DNA of 64,000 nucleotides from Minisyncoccota bacterium (GTDB taxonomy: Bacteria > Patescibacteriota > Microgenomatia > UBA1400 > PJMF01): assembly GCA_012515515.1 (NCBI GenBank), contig JAAYYE010000009.1, forward strand, positions 35,818-99,817, in the 5' to 3' direction. Each line of letters starts with the position of its first letter. Position 1 is the stretch's first letter. Below, piece after piece: positions 19,294 through 29,706 of this stretch. A program made the translations under genes and the position numbers. The notes under the pieces were generated by a model that did no database searches, was not told the DNA's origin, and saw nothing but the letters and a program-made list of their open reading frames with translations.

Positions 19294-20397
19294 TTATAAA
19301 AATTGTTTTTTGCCTTCTTCTTTTAATTGATTTACCAATTTTTTTACTTCTTGAGCCTTATCTTTAGGACAGATTAATAAAATTTCTTTAGTATCAACGA
19401 TGATAAAGTCTTTTAAGCCATAAAGAGCAATTAGGCGTTGGTTGCCATGAATGAGATTGCCATAGGATTTTTGGGTGACGGTTTGAACTGCACCCTCTTC
19501 TCCGAGAATGACGTTGCCAGCAGCATTTTTTGCACCCAATTGATAGACCACTCGCCAATCACCAACATCGTTCCAACCAAAATCACCTGGAATTAAAACC
19601 AGATTGTCGGCTTTTTCACTAATGGCATAATCAATGGAAATGGCCTCGGCATCTTGATAAACTTCTTTAATTGCCTGGTGAAACTCTTTAGTATTAAGTT
19701 TTTCTAAATGTTTGGTTTGTTTGGCTAATTGCGGCATGTGTTTGATAAAACTTTTTTGAATGGCTTTAGCTGACCAAACATACATATTGGCATTCCAAAA
19801 ATATCTGCCAGTAGAAATAAAGGCCGCTGCCGTAGCTAAATTTGGTTTTTCAGTAAAACTATCAACTTTAAACAGGCTTAGATCTCGATCTAATTTTTTG
19901 ATTTCTTTACCAGCCTTAATATAACCAAAAGCACTAGTTGGATGAGTTGGCGTAATACCCACAGTCACTAAATATTGATGTTTTTCAGCAACGCTAATTG
20001 CCTTATTCATGACTCGATCAAATTCTGCCAGATTTTCCACAATGTGATCTGAAGCGGCATTGATGATCACAGCGTTTTTATCTTTGCTTTTGGCATAAAG
20101 AGCACCCACTAACATCGCCAGGGCAGTATCTCTTTTACTTGGTTCAGCAATAATATTTTCTTTTAAAACTTTAGGCAACTGTTTAGCAATTTCCTTAACG
20201 TATTTATGATTGGTGACGACAATAATATTCGACCAGTCAACCAGGTCGTGAATGCGATCAGCAGCAATTTGCATCATGCTTCTGCTGCCAGTTAGTTTTA
20301 AAAACTGTTTGGGAAAATTGTCTCGTGATTTTGGCCAGAGTCTCGTTCCGCCACCTCCAGCTAACAAGACAGCGTAAAGATGTTTATTATTGTTCAT
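19294..20397 (-). CDS. manC: Mannose-1-phosphate guanylyltransferase (no PMI domain)
   Basis: LAGGGGTRLWPKSR..PKQF, FTEKP, SIDYAI, WNDVG. Confidence 0.92.
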   Translation of the reverse strand: MNNNKHLYAVLLAGGGGTRLWPKSRDNFPKQFLKLTGSRSMMQIAADRIHDLVDWSNIIVVTNHKYVKEIAKQLPKVLKENIIAEPSKRDTALAMLVGALYAKSKDKNAVIINAASDHIVENLAEFDRVMNKAISVAEKHQYLVTVGITPTHPTSAFGYIKAGKEIKKLDRDLSLFKVDSFTEKPNLATAAAFISTGRYFWNANMYVWSAKAIQKSFIKHMPQLAKQTKHLEKLNTKEFHQAIKEVYQDAEAISIDYAISEKADNLVLIPGDFGWNDVGDWRVVYQLGAKNAAGNVILGEEGAVQTVTQKSYGNLIHGNQRLIALYGLKDFIIVDTKEILLICPKDKAQEVKKLVNQLKEEGKKQFL

Positions 20398-21604
20398 TAA
20401 ATTTCCTTTTATATGCAGTTTCTAATTGTCGATTAAATCTTCGTAAAAAATGGCTCGTATCATATTTTATAGCGTTTTTAGGTAAAATTTCCAGGTCAAA
20501 ATTTGTTTTTTCCAAAAGTTCGATTTTATTACAGAGTTCAGTGAGATATTGTTCAGAGTCTTCTTCCTTCATAATTTCTGGATAATTCAAGAAAAGCGCG
20601 TGTTGTCCATCAACTAATAATTCGCTAGCACCAGAATGTTGATGGATAATCACTGGTAAGCCATGGAGGTTGGCCTCAAGTGCCACAATGCCAAAATCAT
20701 CTATGCCAGGCATTAATAAGGCTTGAGCGTGACCGTAAAGCTGACTTAATTGTTGGTCACTCACTTCTTTGAGAAAGAGAATTTGCTTAAAATTGGCAGT
20801 TTTTGGATATTTGGCTAATAAAAGTTTTTGACTAAGTTTTTTTAACTGGCGAAAATCAGAACCATCGCCAACAATAATCAGTTGTTTATCAAGTTTAACA
20901 CAGGCCCTAATGGCCAAATCAATGTTTTTATAAGGTACTAAGCGGGAGACTAATAAATAATAAGGATTGACTTGATAATTGTTTTTATCAGCCTTGCTAA
21001 TTAGTTTTTGAAACTTGTCCAAATCAACTGGTGGATAAATAACTGGATAATGATCTAAATGATAATATTGATGAATTCTTCTAGAAACACTTTGGGAAAT
21101 GGGGACGATGACATCTGGTCTCATGATGGCTAGATGATCCCATTTTTTCAAATAATTAAGTATTTTTTTTGAAAAATAGTTAATAATTGGCAACTTTAAA
21201 ATTTTGTCTTTTTTCCAATAATTTTCTTGATAGTGATAAAGGTAGCGTGGCGGAGTCAATAAATAAGAAAAATGCAGTTGATCATTTCGAGTAATGACGC
21301 CCTTAGCTTCGGCACTAGTCACTGAAATAACAATCTGATAATCACGCAAATTTAAGGACTCAAAAGCCAGTGGCATCAACATCACAAAATAGCGATGAAA
21401 ATATTTAGCCAAGGGCACTTTTTGCAAAAAACTGGTATAGACTCGGAAATTTTTTGCCCAAGGAGCTTTTTTAGGACGATAAACAGAAGTAAATAAGTCG
21501 GCTTGTGGATAGAGTTGCTGCAGAGCGAGTAAGACCTTTTCCGCTCCACCATAATGGGTGTTAACTCGATCATAAACAATAGCAATTTTTTTATTAGGCA
21601 ACAT
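20387..21604 (-). CDS. GT4 glycosyltransferase (WbaZ-like mannosyltransferase)
   Basis: GGAEKVL, SRLVPYK, DDFGIVALEA. Confidence 0.85.
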   Translation of the reverse strand: MLPNKKIAIVYDRVNTHYGGAEKVLLALQQLYPQADLFTSVYRPKKAPWAKNFRVYTSFLQKVPLAKYFHRYFVMLMPLAFESLNLRDYQIVISVTSAEAKGVITRNDQLHFSYLLTPPRYLYHYQENYWKKDKILKLPIINYFSKKILNYLKKWDHLAIMRPDVIVPISQSVSRRIHQYYHLDHYPVIYPPVDLDKFQKLISKADKNNYQVNPYYLLVSRLVPYKNIDLAIRACVKLDKQLIIVGDGSDFRQLKKLSQKLLLAKYPKTANFKQILFLKEVSDQQLSQLYGHAQALLMPGIDDFGIVALEANLHGLPVIIHQHSGASELLVDGQHALFLNYPEIMKEEDSEQYLTELCNKIELLEKTNFDLEILPKNAIKYDTSHFLRRFNRQLETAYKRKFNEQ

Positions 21605-21606
21605 AA

Positions 21607-22776
21607 TTAAGTGTTTTTTAAGGCAGTCACATAAACCCGATAAGTGAGATCTGCCATATCTTGCCAACGATATTTTTTAGCAAAATTTTGCGCATTTTTA
21701 ATTAGTTGTTTTCGTTTGGCAAGTTCTAACTTGTTAATCGCTTGTAAAAAACTCGTCACATCTTTTGGATCAAAATAAAAAGCATGATCTTGATAAATTT
21801 CTCGAAAAACCGGAATGTCGCTGGCTAAAACTAGGGTGCCAGCAGCCATCGCTTCAATGCCGGTTAAACCAAAACCCTCTGATAAAGATGGTTGAACCAG
21901 GGCTAAAGATTCTTGATAAATTTTAATTAATCGATCATCGGGCACGTAGCCTAAAAATTTAACTTGATTCTTAACTTTATAACGGGCAACCAGTTTTCTA
22001 GCTTGAGTTTGAAAAACATTACGCGAACCAACCAACAATAATTGATATTTGGGTAATTTTTTCAAGGCTTTAAAAACTAAAAGCAGATTTTTGTGCGGAT
22101 AGAGTGAGCCCGTATAAACCAACTGCTTTTTAATTCTTTTTTTAGCTAAGTTTTGCTCAGACAGCATGGCCAAATTGTTTTGGTAAGCATCAGCAATGCC
22201 CTCTCTAGTGACCACAATTTTGTCTTGACATTGCTTATAGTAGTTGAGCACTGTTTGTTTAATATGGTGAGTGGGCACCAAGATAAATTTAGCTTGCTGA
22301 ATGGCTTGTTTAACCACAATTAAGTAGGCGAAATGTTTAATATAATACAGTGGCGGGTTGAGAGTGGTGACATTCATCCCTCTTTGCTCATGCCAGAGTA
22401 GATCATGAATGGTAATAATTAAATTGTGTCGATAAAAAACAGGAATATTAAAATGTGGGACATGCAGCAAATCGAGCTTTGCTTGTCGATAAATTTTTGG
22501 CAAACAGACTTGTTCTTTAAGGCTGTAATGACGAATATCAACTAGTTTAATGCTCAGGTGATAGTGATTGGGCTCTTGGTAACAATCTGAGCCCAAAACG
22601 GCTTTGGCTTGATTGAGATTTCTAAAAAACAGAACCAGTTCAAAGAACTTTTTTTCTTGATTGATTTTAATTAATTCTCTAACTAAGTTTTCACAATAGC
22701 GACCAATGCCAGCGTTATCTTTGCCAGCTAGGCGGCAGTCAATGCCCAAACGATAAGTTTTGCGCGTCTTTGTCAT
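21607..22776 (-). CDS. GT4 glycosyltransferase
   Basis: GIGRY, TIHDL, EGFGLTGIEAMA. Confidence 0.9.
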   Translation of the reverse strand: MTKTRKTYRLGIDCRLAGKDNAGIGRYCENLVRELIKINQEKKFFELVLFFRNLNQAKAVLGSDCYQEPNHYHLSIKLVDIRHYSLKEQVCLPKIYRQAKLDLLHVPHFNIPVFYRHNLIITIHDLLWHEQRGMNVTTLNPPLYYIKHFAYLIVVKQAIQQAKFILVPTHHIKQTVLNYYKQCQDKIVVTREGIADAYQNNLAMLSEQNLAKKRIKKQLVYTGSLYPHKNLLLVFKALKKLPKYQLLLVGSRNVFQTQARKLVARYKVKNQVKFLGYVPDDRLIKIYQESLALVQPSLSEGFGLTGIEAMAAGTLVLASDIPVFREIYQDHAFYFDPKDVTSFLQAINKLELAKRKQLIKNAQNFAKKYRWQDMADLTYRVYVTALKNT

Positions 22777-22777
22777 A

Positions 22778-23656
22778 TTAGTTGCCATCCTGTTTAAAGA
22801 AGATATATGAACGTACAATACGTCTTAAAAACTTTGGATATTTGCCAGCATAATACTTATCGTAATAAGTCAACATGGCATCATAAAAAAAGCGGTTAGT
22901 CTTCTGCGCTGTTTTTTTATTAATACTCTTAATGCCCGACTTATATTTATGATGAACAATACACACCTGGGGATGAAAACAGACTTGATAATTAGCATCA
23001 CGAAAACGGCGACACCAATCCAGATCTTCACCATACATAAAAAAATCTTCATCTAATAGGCCAACTTTTTTTATGGCACTGCTGCGCACCATCATCGCGG
23101 CACCCGACACAGCATCTACCTGATGAATAGTATTAAGATCCAAGTGTCCAAGGTGATATTGAGCAAAAAATTGATGATGGGGGAATAATTTTTCTAAACC
23201 AATAAAATAAGAAAAAGCGGCCCAAGGATGAGGTTCGCCACGATGACTGGCAGGATCTAGCTGACCATTACTGAGTTCTAAACGGGGGCCCACAACAGCT
23301 ACTTGCCGATTGTCATCTAAATATTTAATAAGAATATCAAGATTGCTGGCATTTTCGATAAATTCAGTGTCACTGTTAATGAGCATCACATAACGAGCTT
23401 TATTTTGTCGTAGAGCAACATTGTTGCCAAAAGCAAAACCGCCATTTTTTCCAGATTCTAGCACCTTCACCCATTTGAAATTTTTCTGCAAAAAAGAGAC
23501 TGTTTCATCCTCACTATTATTATCGACCACCACCACTTCAACCTGATACTTGCTGTGTTTTAAATAATGCTTATCAATGGTGGGCAAAAGTTTTTTTAAC
23601 CAAAACAAGCCATTGTAGTTGAGGATAATAATGCTTAGATCTAATTTTTTTTCCAT
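22778..23656 (-). CDS. GT2 glycosyltransferase (WbbL-like)
   Basis: VVDNNS.D, NSD, GAAMM, FFMYGEDLDWC. Confidence 0.9.
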   Translation of the reverse strand: MEKKLDLSIIILNYNGLFWLKKLLPTIDKHYLKHSKYQVEVVVVDNNSEDETVSFLQKNFKWVKVLESGKNGGFAFGNNVALRQNKARYVMLINSDTEFIENASNLDILIKYLDDNRQVAVVGPRLELSNGQLDPASHRGEPHPWAAFSYFIGLEKLFPHHQFFAQYHLGHLDLNTIHQVDAVSGAAMMVRSSAIKKVGLLDEDFFMYGEDLDWCRRFRDANYQVCFHPQVCIVHHKYKSGIKSINKKTAQKTNRFFYDAMLTYYDKYYAGKYPKFLRRIVRSYIFFKQDGN

Positions 23657-23669
23657 AAAATTTTGTTAA

Positions 23670-24869
23670 TTATTTCTTTATTTTACCGACTTTTTGGTAA
23701 ATAGCATCAAGTTTTCTTGATATGATTTGCCAATCATATCGATCTTGAACAAACTTTTTACCATTCTTGGATAATTTTTGCCATAATTTTTTATCAGTTA
23801 AAACTTTAATGGTTAATTCAGCCAGCTCATTAGCGTCATTACTAACCAACACATGTTTGCCATTTTCCACACCTAAACCCTCAACAGCAATTTTGCTTGC
23901 CACGACGGGTGTGGAAGACGCCATAGCTTCTAAAATTTTGTAGCGAGTGCCTTTACCACTAAAAACTGGAGCCAAGAGCAAATCGGCACTATTAAAGGCA
24001 TAACGGATATCTTCAACTTTGCCCAGCACTTCAATATTGGGATCTCTTAAACCATAATCTAGCACTTTTTGACTGGGGTCATTGCCGACAATTCTTAATT
24101 TACAGTGCTTCATGCGCTTTTTTACTAGAGGCCAAATTTTATTGACCAGGAAATCAACCGCTTCGCGATTAGGCAACCATTTAAAAGTACCTACAGACAA
24201 AATTGTTGGTGAAGCGGTTTTTTGTCGAGGCACCTGATCAAACCAGTGATTATCAACCCCGTTAGCGACCACCGCAATTTTGTCGTCTCTACCCAACTCC
24301 TTGGCAATAAATTTTTTATCTTCACCGCTCATGACAATTAATTGATCAGCTTCTTGCCAATAGTGTTTTTCCCAATCACGAATTTTATTCACATCAATAT
24401 TTAAAATTGGCCGTAAAAAGAAATTGGCTGTTTTGGCATAGTTTTCATACCCGAGATACTCGATAGTTTGTTCAACTAAAATACTAGGGATTTTTAATTC
24501 TGGTAAGTGAGACATCATGTAAAAGGTTTCTACGTGAATTAAGTCATAATTTTTCTTGCTCAATTCTTCCTGAATGGCCCCCGTCACGGTTAGTGCTTGA
24601 TTACGAATGACTAAAAATGGATAAGTGGAAAAAGCGGTTTTGACAATGTTACGTAAGGTAAAGGGTGTACGGCTGCGTTTAAAGACTCTCACCTCTTGGC
24701 AATATTTTTCTAATTCGCTAATGTGGGCCTTTTCACTTTCGTCCTTGATTAAGGCAAAGAGAGTGATTTGGTGTTTGCTAGCCAGCTTTTTTAAGAGATT
24801 GTAAGTGCGAATTTGCCCGCCTGACAAGAGAGGATAAGGCAAATATGGAGTAAGCATTAAAATTTTCAT
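23670..24869 (-). CDS. GT4 glycosyltransferase
   Basis: PYPLLSGGQIR, GTRYKILEAMAS. Confidence 0.88.
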   Translation of the reverse strand: MKILMLTPYLPYPLLSGGQIRTYNLLKKLASKHQITLFALIKDESEKAHISELEKYCQEVRVFKRSRTPFTLRNIVKTAFSTYPFLVIRNQALTVTGAIQEELSKKNYDLIHVETFYMMSHLPELKIPSILVEQTIEYLGYENYAKTANFFLRPILNIDVNKIRDWEKHYWQEADQLIVMSGEDKKFIAKELGRDDKIAVVANGVDNHWFDQVPRQKTASPTILSVGTFKWLPNREAVDFLVNKIWPLVKKRMKHCKLRIVGNDPSQKVLDYGLRDPNIEVLGKVEDIRYAFNSADLLLAPVFSGKGTRYKILEAMASSTPVVASKIAVEGLGVENGKHVLVSNDANELAELTIKVLTDKKLWQKLSKNGKKFVQDRYDWQIISRKLDAIYQKVGKIKK

Positions 24870-24873
24870 GGTA

Positions 24874-26361
24874 TCATTTTTTTTCTTGAGTCAAATCTAA
24901 AATTAAATAACGCTCGCCGGTTTCCAGAACTTCATATTTATCTGCCAGGGCGCGTCGTTCACTATCATCATTAATACTTACATAGATTGTAGCACCTCTG
25001 GCAATTTTATCCTCAATATGATGGCCGATGGGCCAGCCACGACGATTAGTTTGAAACAAAAAGGCGGTGTCACCCATCGCTGGAGCGATGACTAGGGCAT
25101 TTTTATCAGTTAAACGATCAACAGCTTCGCCCGCTTCAACATATTCCCAGGTATTAACATTAAAATAGGGAAGAATTTGTTGGGCCGATAATAATATACT
25201 ACTGGAAATAATCAGTAAAATAAGGAGAGTGCTAAGACCCTTGTTAAAAATTTTTCCTTGAAGTATCAAGCTTCCTCGGGCCATACTGATGGCAAGGATG
25301 GGAATTAACAAGTTTTGATAATAATCATGTTGAATATTACCACTAGCTATAACAACAAAATAAGCGATGATGCCCAACCACCAAGCGGCATAAATTATTC
25401 GACTACGATCGCTTTTAAACAGATTGGCAACCAGCAAAATAATGCCAGTGTACCCAAGCAGGAGCTTAGTAATTCGCTCATAGAAGAGCCAGCGCCACCA
25501 AGCTGGTCGTAAACGAATATTATTTTGATTAAATAACCAAGTTGATGCAGGAATGCCCTCGGGAAAATTAGTGATCCACTGTCGCCACAGCAACAATGGT
25601 AGAAAAGCCAAAATCGGCAAAAGATAAATGGGGATTTTTTTGAAAAGCCCCTTGCCCAAATAATGCCAGGCGATGGCTAAATAGACTGGAGCTAAAAACA
25701 CCACAAAAGGTTTAAGCAAGCTGGCTAGGGTCAGAGCCAAGAGCGCCAATAAATAATGAAGCACTCTCCCCTTTTTTAAATTATTGCTGGTCAAACTTAA
25801 TTTTTGACAATATTCGGCCCATTGCCACAGGGAGAGTAAGGAAAAAGCTAGCATAAAGGGTTCAGGCAAAATAGCTCGACCATAATAGACGGCATAAGGC
25901 AGAATGGCATAGATCAAAGCGCTCAATAAGGCTAGTTTGCGATTATCGATCAGTTCAATCAGCCGATAGAGACAGTAAATAGCAACAAGTGAAGCAAGAA
26001 CAGAAAAAAGCCGACTGACTATGACCAAGTCAAAGTTAAAACCCAGGCTTTGACTAAAACGCAAAAATTGAGCAATGAGGACATTAATAAAAGGCAACTC
26101 CACCATCCGATAGCCCTCAGGATTCTCTAAACCCGATTGAATATTGGATAGGTCTTGATATTGAGGATGAAGGAGATCTAGCTGATCATTTTTTAAGTAT
26201 TCTCTAGTGACAGAAGCCGTATCGGCTTGGCGAAAACTATGCCAATCAAGGAGCGGATAATGCAATCGATAAAGACGCAAGATGAAAGCAAGTAATAAAA
26301 TAGCCGCAATTGGCCAATTATTTTTTACTTTTAGCTTTAATTTTTTTAGCTTGTGGTTCAT
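24874..26361 (-). CDS. GT-C fold membrane glycosyltransferase (ArnT/PMT family)
   Basis: Multi-pass membrane protein with LRLY..DWHSFRQADT in the first external loop. Confidence 0.8.
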   Translation of the reverse strand: MNHKLKKLKLKVKNNWPIAAILLLAFILRLYRLHYPLLDWHSFRQADTASVTREYLKNDQLDLLHPQYQDLSNIQSGLENPEGYRMVELPFINVLIAQFLRFSQSLGFNFDLVIVSRLFSVLASLVAIYCLYRLIELIDNRKLALLSALIYAILPYAVYYGRAILPEPFMLAFSLLSLWQWAEYCQKLSLTSNNLKKGRVLHYLLALLALTLASLLKPFVVFLAPVYLAIAWHYLGKGLFKKIPIYLLPILAFLPLLLWRQWITNFPEGIPASTWLFNQNNIRLRPAWWRWLFYERITKLLLGYTGIILLVANLFKSDRSRIIYAAWWLGIIAYFVVIASGNIQHDYYQNLLIPILAISMARGSLILQGKIFNKGLSTLLILLIISSSILLSAQQILPYFNVNTWEYVEAGEAVDRLTDKNALVIAPAMGDTAFLFQTNRRGWPIGHHIEDKIARGATIYVSINDDSERRALADKYEVLETGERYLILDLTQEKK

Positions 26362-27988
26362 GAGCTTGTTGATAATTAATAGCTAAAATGGCTCCAGCCA
26401 GTGCCCAGTAAGTAAAGGCCACCTTGGAGGAAGCAAAAACGTCAATATATAAAGCGTTGGCTAGTAAGCCAATGCTGGCCGCAAAAAAAGCTAAATTTAA
26501 ACTTTTCAACCAGGGACTAGCGTGTTTATTACTTTTCAAAAGATAAAAAATCAGCACAAAGATGCCGTAAAAAGTGATAAAACCGAGGAGCCCAGTTTCA
26601 CCAAGGGTGCGCAAAAAATTATTATCCGTACTCTCAGCTTCTGTAAAATGGTAAAAATCTTTCTTATTGAGTGTGGCATAAGCACTGCCGAACAAAGGAT
26701 TAGTTTGAAAACCGCGGATGGCATTGGGCCAGAGTTCATCCAAACGAATCGCTAGTGATAAACCATATTTCATGGCATTCTCCGACCAAGTTCGTTCTTT
26801 TTCGACTATCACATCATTGCCGTCTGAATCTGTTTCTACCACCTCTATTGGCACATCGACATAGACATCGACGGGACGAGTAGCGATTGGCCGCTCATCA
26901 GTTTCGGTCAAAATATTTTCATCAACTCCAATGCCATTATCAGGCGGATGACCGCGCAACTTAACCCAGGTAGCAATTACTTTATATTCTTCTCCCAGAT
27001 ATTTGAGTTGTTGTTGACCAAATTTATAACCTTCTTGATAAGTCTCATAAACTTTGGGATAAGCACGCAAAACTTGTACAAAACGATCGTGCATGTCGCC
27101 ACCAAAAAAAACAATCATTAAAAATAATAATAAAGAAAAAGTCACTCCTCGATGAAAAATTTGCCAAAATCGTTTTAATAGCTTTTTTTCTTGCCAGGCC
27201 ACCAGCACGATGCTCAAGAAAATAGCCAGACCGTAAGCAGCAAAAGAGGTGCGAGAAGCTGAGGTGACCAATAACCACAAACCAAGAATATGCAAAATTT
27301 TAAAGAAAATTTTCTCCCCTCGTTTTTGACTAGTAAAACCTAAAACATAAAAAATGGGCAAAACTAAAACTAAAAAGGCAGCTAGATCGTAGTGACCAGC
27401 AAAAGTTGATTGAACACGAGCATGTTCAGTTAAATATAAGACCATTCCCTTGCTAAATTCGCGATTCATGGTGGAAAAAACCGGCCAATAAAAATATTTT
27501 TGGCCATAGCCATAAATACAAACCAATAAGAGGGTGATAGCTAAAGTGTAAATGACAATTTTTAAGTCTTTTTCAGTTTTAACACTGGCGTAAAGAATAA
27601 AAAGTAAAGAAAAATACTCGATATATCGCAATAAATGTAAAAATGATTTGGCAAAATGCAAAGTTTCTAAAGGAATAGTGCGAATAATGAACATGCCAGA
27701 AATAATGGATAAAAAAGCCACAGCTACATAGGCAAACACCCATTTAGATAGAGGATTGTTTAGAGTTAGCTTTTTTCTATAAACCTGAATCAGATAAAAT
27801 AAAGTCACCAGGCCAACACAAATATCCTCTAGTCTCAGTCGAACAATATAACCAGGAATCAGATCAAGCAAGGGCAGCTTGGGATAAAGAGGAATAAAAA
27901 TTAAAAGAAATAGCGAAGCAAAAAACAACAGGCGTTGATCAATAAAAGTGAGTAGTTTTTGAGTAAAAGACTGTTTCTTGGTCATCAT
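26318..27988 (-). CDS. O-antigen ligase/polymerase-like (Wzy_C) membrane protein
   Basis: Many TM segments; RVQSTFAGHYDL, SASRTS, large external loop, TDNNFLRTLGETG. Confidence 0.75.
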   Translation of the reverse strand: MMTKKQSFTQKLLTFIDQRLLFFASLFLLIFIPLYPKLPLLDLIPGYIVRLRLEDICVGLVTLFYLIQVYRKKLTLNNPLSKWVFAYVAVAFLSIISGMFIIRTIPLETLHFAKSFLHLLRYIEYFSLLFILYASVKTEKDLKIVIYTLAITLLLVCIYGYGQKYFYWPVFSTMNREFSKGMVLYLTEHARVQSTFAGHYDLAAFLVLVLPIFYVLGFTSQKRGEKIFFKILHILGLWLLVTSASRTSFAAYGLAIFLSIVLVAWQEKKLLKRFWQIFHRGVTFSLLLFLMIVFFGGDMHDRFVQVLRAYPKVYETYQEGYKFGQQQLKYLGEEYKVIATWVKLRGHPPDNGIGVDENILTETDERPIATRPVDVYVDVPIEVVETDSDGNDVIVEKERTWSENAMKYGLSLAIRLDELWPNAIRGFQTNPLFGSAYATLNKKDFYHFTEAESTDNNFLRTLGETGLLGFITFYGIFVLIFYLLKSNKHASPWLKSLNLAFFAASIGLLANALYIDVFASSKVAFTYWALAGAILAINYQQAHEPQAKKIKAKSKK

Positions 27989-28000
27989 TAATCTAAATAA

Positions 28001-29023
28001 TTATTTAATAATTTTTAAAGCTTCAAGATAAATTGTCGCCTGTCTACGATTGCCAGTCAAGCGATAAAAAAGGACACGAATCCCCGCTCCTGCTCGCAAA
28101 ATCCAGCGCAAAATCCTTAATTGATAAGCTGGAAAATGCTTTTTCCAGATATATAAATAGCTCTGAAATTCGCCCAAAATGGCACTTTTACTAGAAGAGC
28201 TGGCACTGCCCCAGTGCATTACTTCAGCTTGAGGGTGAACAGCAATATCGAAATGATGATGTTTAGCTCGCAAACAAAACTCTTGGTCTTCTCCGTACAT
28301 AAAAATATTGGGATCTAAATAACCAATGCGAGTAATTAGGTCTTTTCTAATCATCATAGCAGTGCCAGCTACCCAAGCTTTAGGAATCAGCTGGTGTTGT
28401 TGGTTCTGCTTGAGTTGCAGTTTTTCTCGGCTTAAATGCCGACTACGACCCGTCTGCTGGGTCGAAGGTAAGTGCTTGCCAATTAGCGGTAGATCATCAA
28501 GAAAAAACATTTGATTGAAAACTGCCAAAAGTGACAAGCTCGATCCGCCTTGTGGTTGCAAACTGCCATCAGGATTGAGCAAAGTCGGGCTTAAAATACC
28601 CAGATAATCGATGATTTTGTCGCTGTCTTGCGTGGCAGCAGTGACTAATTCGTCTGGTACATCAATAAAAGTTTTAACTAGGGTTTCGCAAGCTCCTTTT
28701 TTAACAACGGTGTCAGAGTTGAGCAATAATAAATATTGACCACTGGCTTTTTTGAGGGCTTGGTTGTTGGCTCGAGCAAAACCAAGGTTTTTTTGATTAA
28801 CAATTAATTGGTAATCGGCAAATTTTACCTTGCTAAAAAACTTCTTTATGGCCGACACGCTGTCGTCTTGACTATGGTTATCGACTACAAAAATTTCAGT
28901 ATCATTTTTTAATAAATCGCTAGTTCTAATATCGGCAATCAGACTTTCTAAACTTTTTATAGTTAAGTCTTGAGTGTTATAAGAAACAATAATGACCGAC
29001 AAAAGTTTTGACATAATTTTCAA
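28001..29023 (-). CDS. GT2 glycosyltransferase
   Basis: VVDNHSQD, LLNSDT, FMYGED. Confidence 0.9.
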   Translation of the reverse strand: MKIMSKLLSVIIVSYNTQDLTIKSLESLIADIRTSDLLKNDTEIFVVDNHSQDDSVSAIKKFFSKVKFADYQLIVNQKNLGFARANNQALKKASGQYLLLLNSDTVVKKGACETLVKTFIDVPDELVTAATQDSDKIIDYLGILSPTLLNPDGSLQPQGGSSLSLLAVFNQMFFLDDLPLIGKHLPSTQQTGRSRHLSREKLQLKQNQQHQLIPKAWVAGTAMMIRKDLITRIGYLDPNIFMYGEDQEFCLRAKHHHFDIAVHPQAEVMHWGSASSSSKSAILGEFQSYLYIWKKHFPAYQLRILRWILRAGAGIRVLFYRLTGNRRQATIYLEALKIIK

Positions 29024-29026
29024 TGA

Positions 29027-29650
29027 TTATTGAAATAAGCGCGGACGTCCTAGACAATAATTGATAGCAGTTTTTGGACGCTGATCAATAACTTTGGCTG
29101 GTACACCAGCTACAATTTGATAAGGCTCAACGTCTTTAGTGACAATGGCGCCAGCAGCGATCACTGCTCCTTCGCCAATAATGACACCTGGCATAATAAT
29201 CGCTCGGGGGCCAATAAAAACATAGTCACCAATGACCACTCGCTCTTCAATAGTTTTCATTTCACTTGATCGAATATCATGCTCACTAGTCCAAATCATT
29301 ACTTCTGAAGCAATATCAACATGATTGCCAATCTGCAAACCGCCTTTAGAATTGGGTAATTGTCGTCGCCCGTCTAGGCTAACACGTTCGCCAATTAAGG
29401 TGCCCTTACCAATACTAATTCCCGCTGGATAATAAATTCTGGCCATCATGTGGATGGTTGATTTGGGGCCAATTTTCATGCCTGACAGGCGGTAGAAAAA
29501 TCGTCGTAAAGTGTGGAAAGGGAGAAAACCCACACCCCACCAGAGAAAACCAGTCCAAATTTCTAGAAAAATTGTTTTAAGACGAGTTCTCACCTTACTG
29601 CAAACTTCAGCAGTAGAGAGAGCTCGTCCATTTTTATCTTGAATAGGCAT
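29027..29650 (-). CDS. Hexapeptide-repeat (LbetaH) O-acyltransferase
   Basis: [37 protein letters not shown]...VAGVPAK. Confidence 0.9.
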   Translation of the reverse strand: MPIQDKNGRALSTAEVCSKVRTRLKTIFLEIWTGFLWWGVGFLPFHTLRRFFYRLSGMKIGPKSTIHMMARIYYPAGISIGKGTLIGERVSLDGRRQLPNSKGGLQIGNHVDIASEVMIWTSEHDIRSSEMKTIEERVVIGDYVFIGPRAIIMPGVIIGEGAVIAAGAIVTKDVEPYQIVAGVPAKVIDQRPKTAINYCLGRPRLFQ

Positions 29651-29706
29651 AAGACTAGTATACAACAGAGCGAGCAAATGTTGAGCCTCTGCTTGTTTTT
29701 ACTGCT

